The position numbers and the translations under genes were made by a program. DNA of 61,279 nucleotides, the filler included, from Globobulimina sp. (lineage: Eukaryota), in assembly GCA_003354225.1 (NCBI GenBank). It is 15 parts of 15 records of this genome, joined end to end, with 100 filler letters (N's around TTAATTAATTAA, not from the genome) between each part and the next. Parts side by side here need not be neighbours in the genome. Positions count along the whole stretch, not along the records: positions 57,293 to 61,279 come from PIVH01001781.1; 14 more parts are not named here. One strand, 5' to 3'. The notes under the pieces were generated by a model. That model was not told the DNA's origin. It searched no databases and saw nothing but the letters and a program-made list of their open reading frames with translations. This document shows, in pieces, positions 61,192 through 61,279 of this stretch. Every line of letters begins with the position of its first letter. The stretch's first letter is position 1.

Positions 61192-61279
61192 CTATTTTTT
61201 ACAATTAATTTTTTGAAAAAATGTGATTTTTCCCCACCTGGTTTCTGATTATTGATTGGTTGTCCAAATGTGTTATTGC

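Noticed and set aside
1-61279. Treating neighbouring genes across linkers as a cluster or pathway (for example the ubiquitin-related genes)
   Set aside because: Contigs are concatenated by length, so adjacency carries no biological information.
1-61279. rRNA, tRNA, CRISPR arrays, prokaryotic operons or phage genes
   Set aside because: None recognised by eye; the content is intron-containing eukaryotic protein genes. tRNAscan/Infernal were not run.

Overview
This window is not one locus. It is 15 unrelated contigs of about 4 kb, sorted by decreasing length (3997 to 3987 bp) and joined by an artificial 100-nt linker (44 N, TTAATTAATTAA, 44 N), so synteny across linkers is meaningless. The DNA is AT-rich eukaryotic nuclear sequence using the standard code, with short (about 55-90 nt) GT-AG introns and very compact intergenic regions. 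By inference from gene families and style it is a protist, most plausibly a foraminiferan (Rhizaria). Recognisable genes: fimbrin-like, two XK-related proteins, RPN6, polycystin-1-like GPS protein, U-box/GBP-type GTPase, TPR protein, Ser/Thr kinase, arylsulfatase, multicopper oxidase, HSPA12-like, SPRY protein, TMEM135-like, CHMP1, MFSD1-like, Josephin-fold protein, RBBP4-like WD40, LamG, MYND-SAM-U-box, MscS-like channel and a formin. Best leads: (1) a multi-copy family of large proteins with a divergent R-S-E type ADP-ribosyltransferase-like domain, one copy fused to a WNK-type CCT-like domain; (2) a contig with a perfect 119-bp terminal direct repeat (circular in assembly) carrying host genes; (3) a probable non-LTR retroelement 3' end with an (ATACTC)n tail truncating HSPA12; (4) a U-box/GBP GTPase fusion; (5) a Josephin pseudo-enzyme; (6) an FH1-less formin with WH2-like helices; (7) an in-frame TAG in an otherwise intact multicopper oxidase. 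All family calls are by-eye motif recognition; no searches were run.
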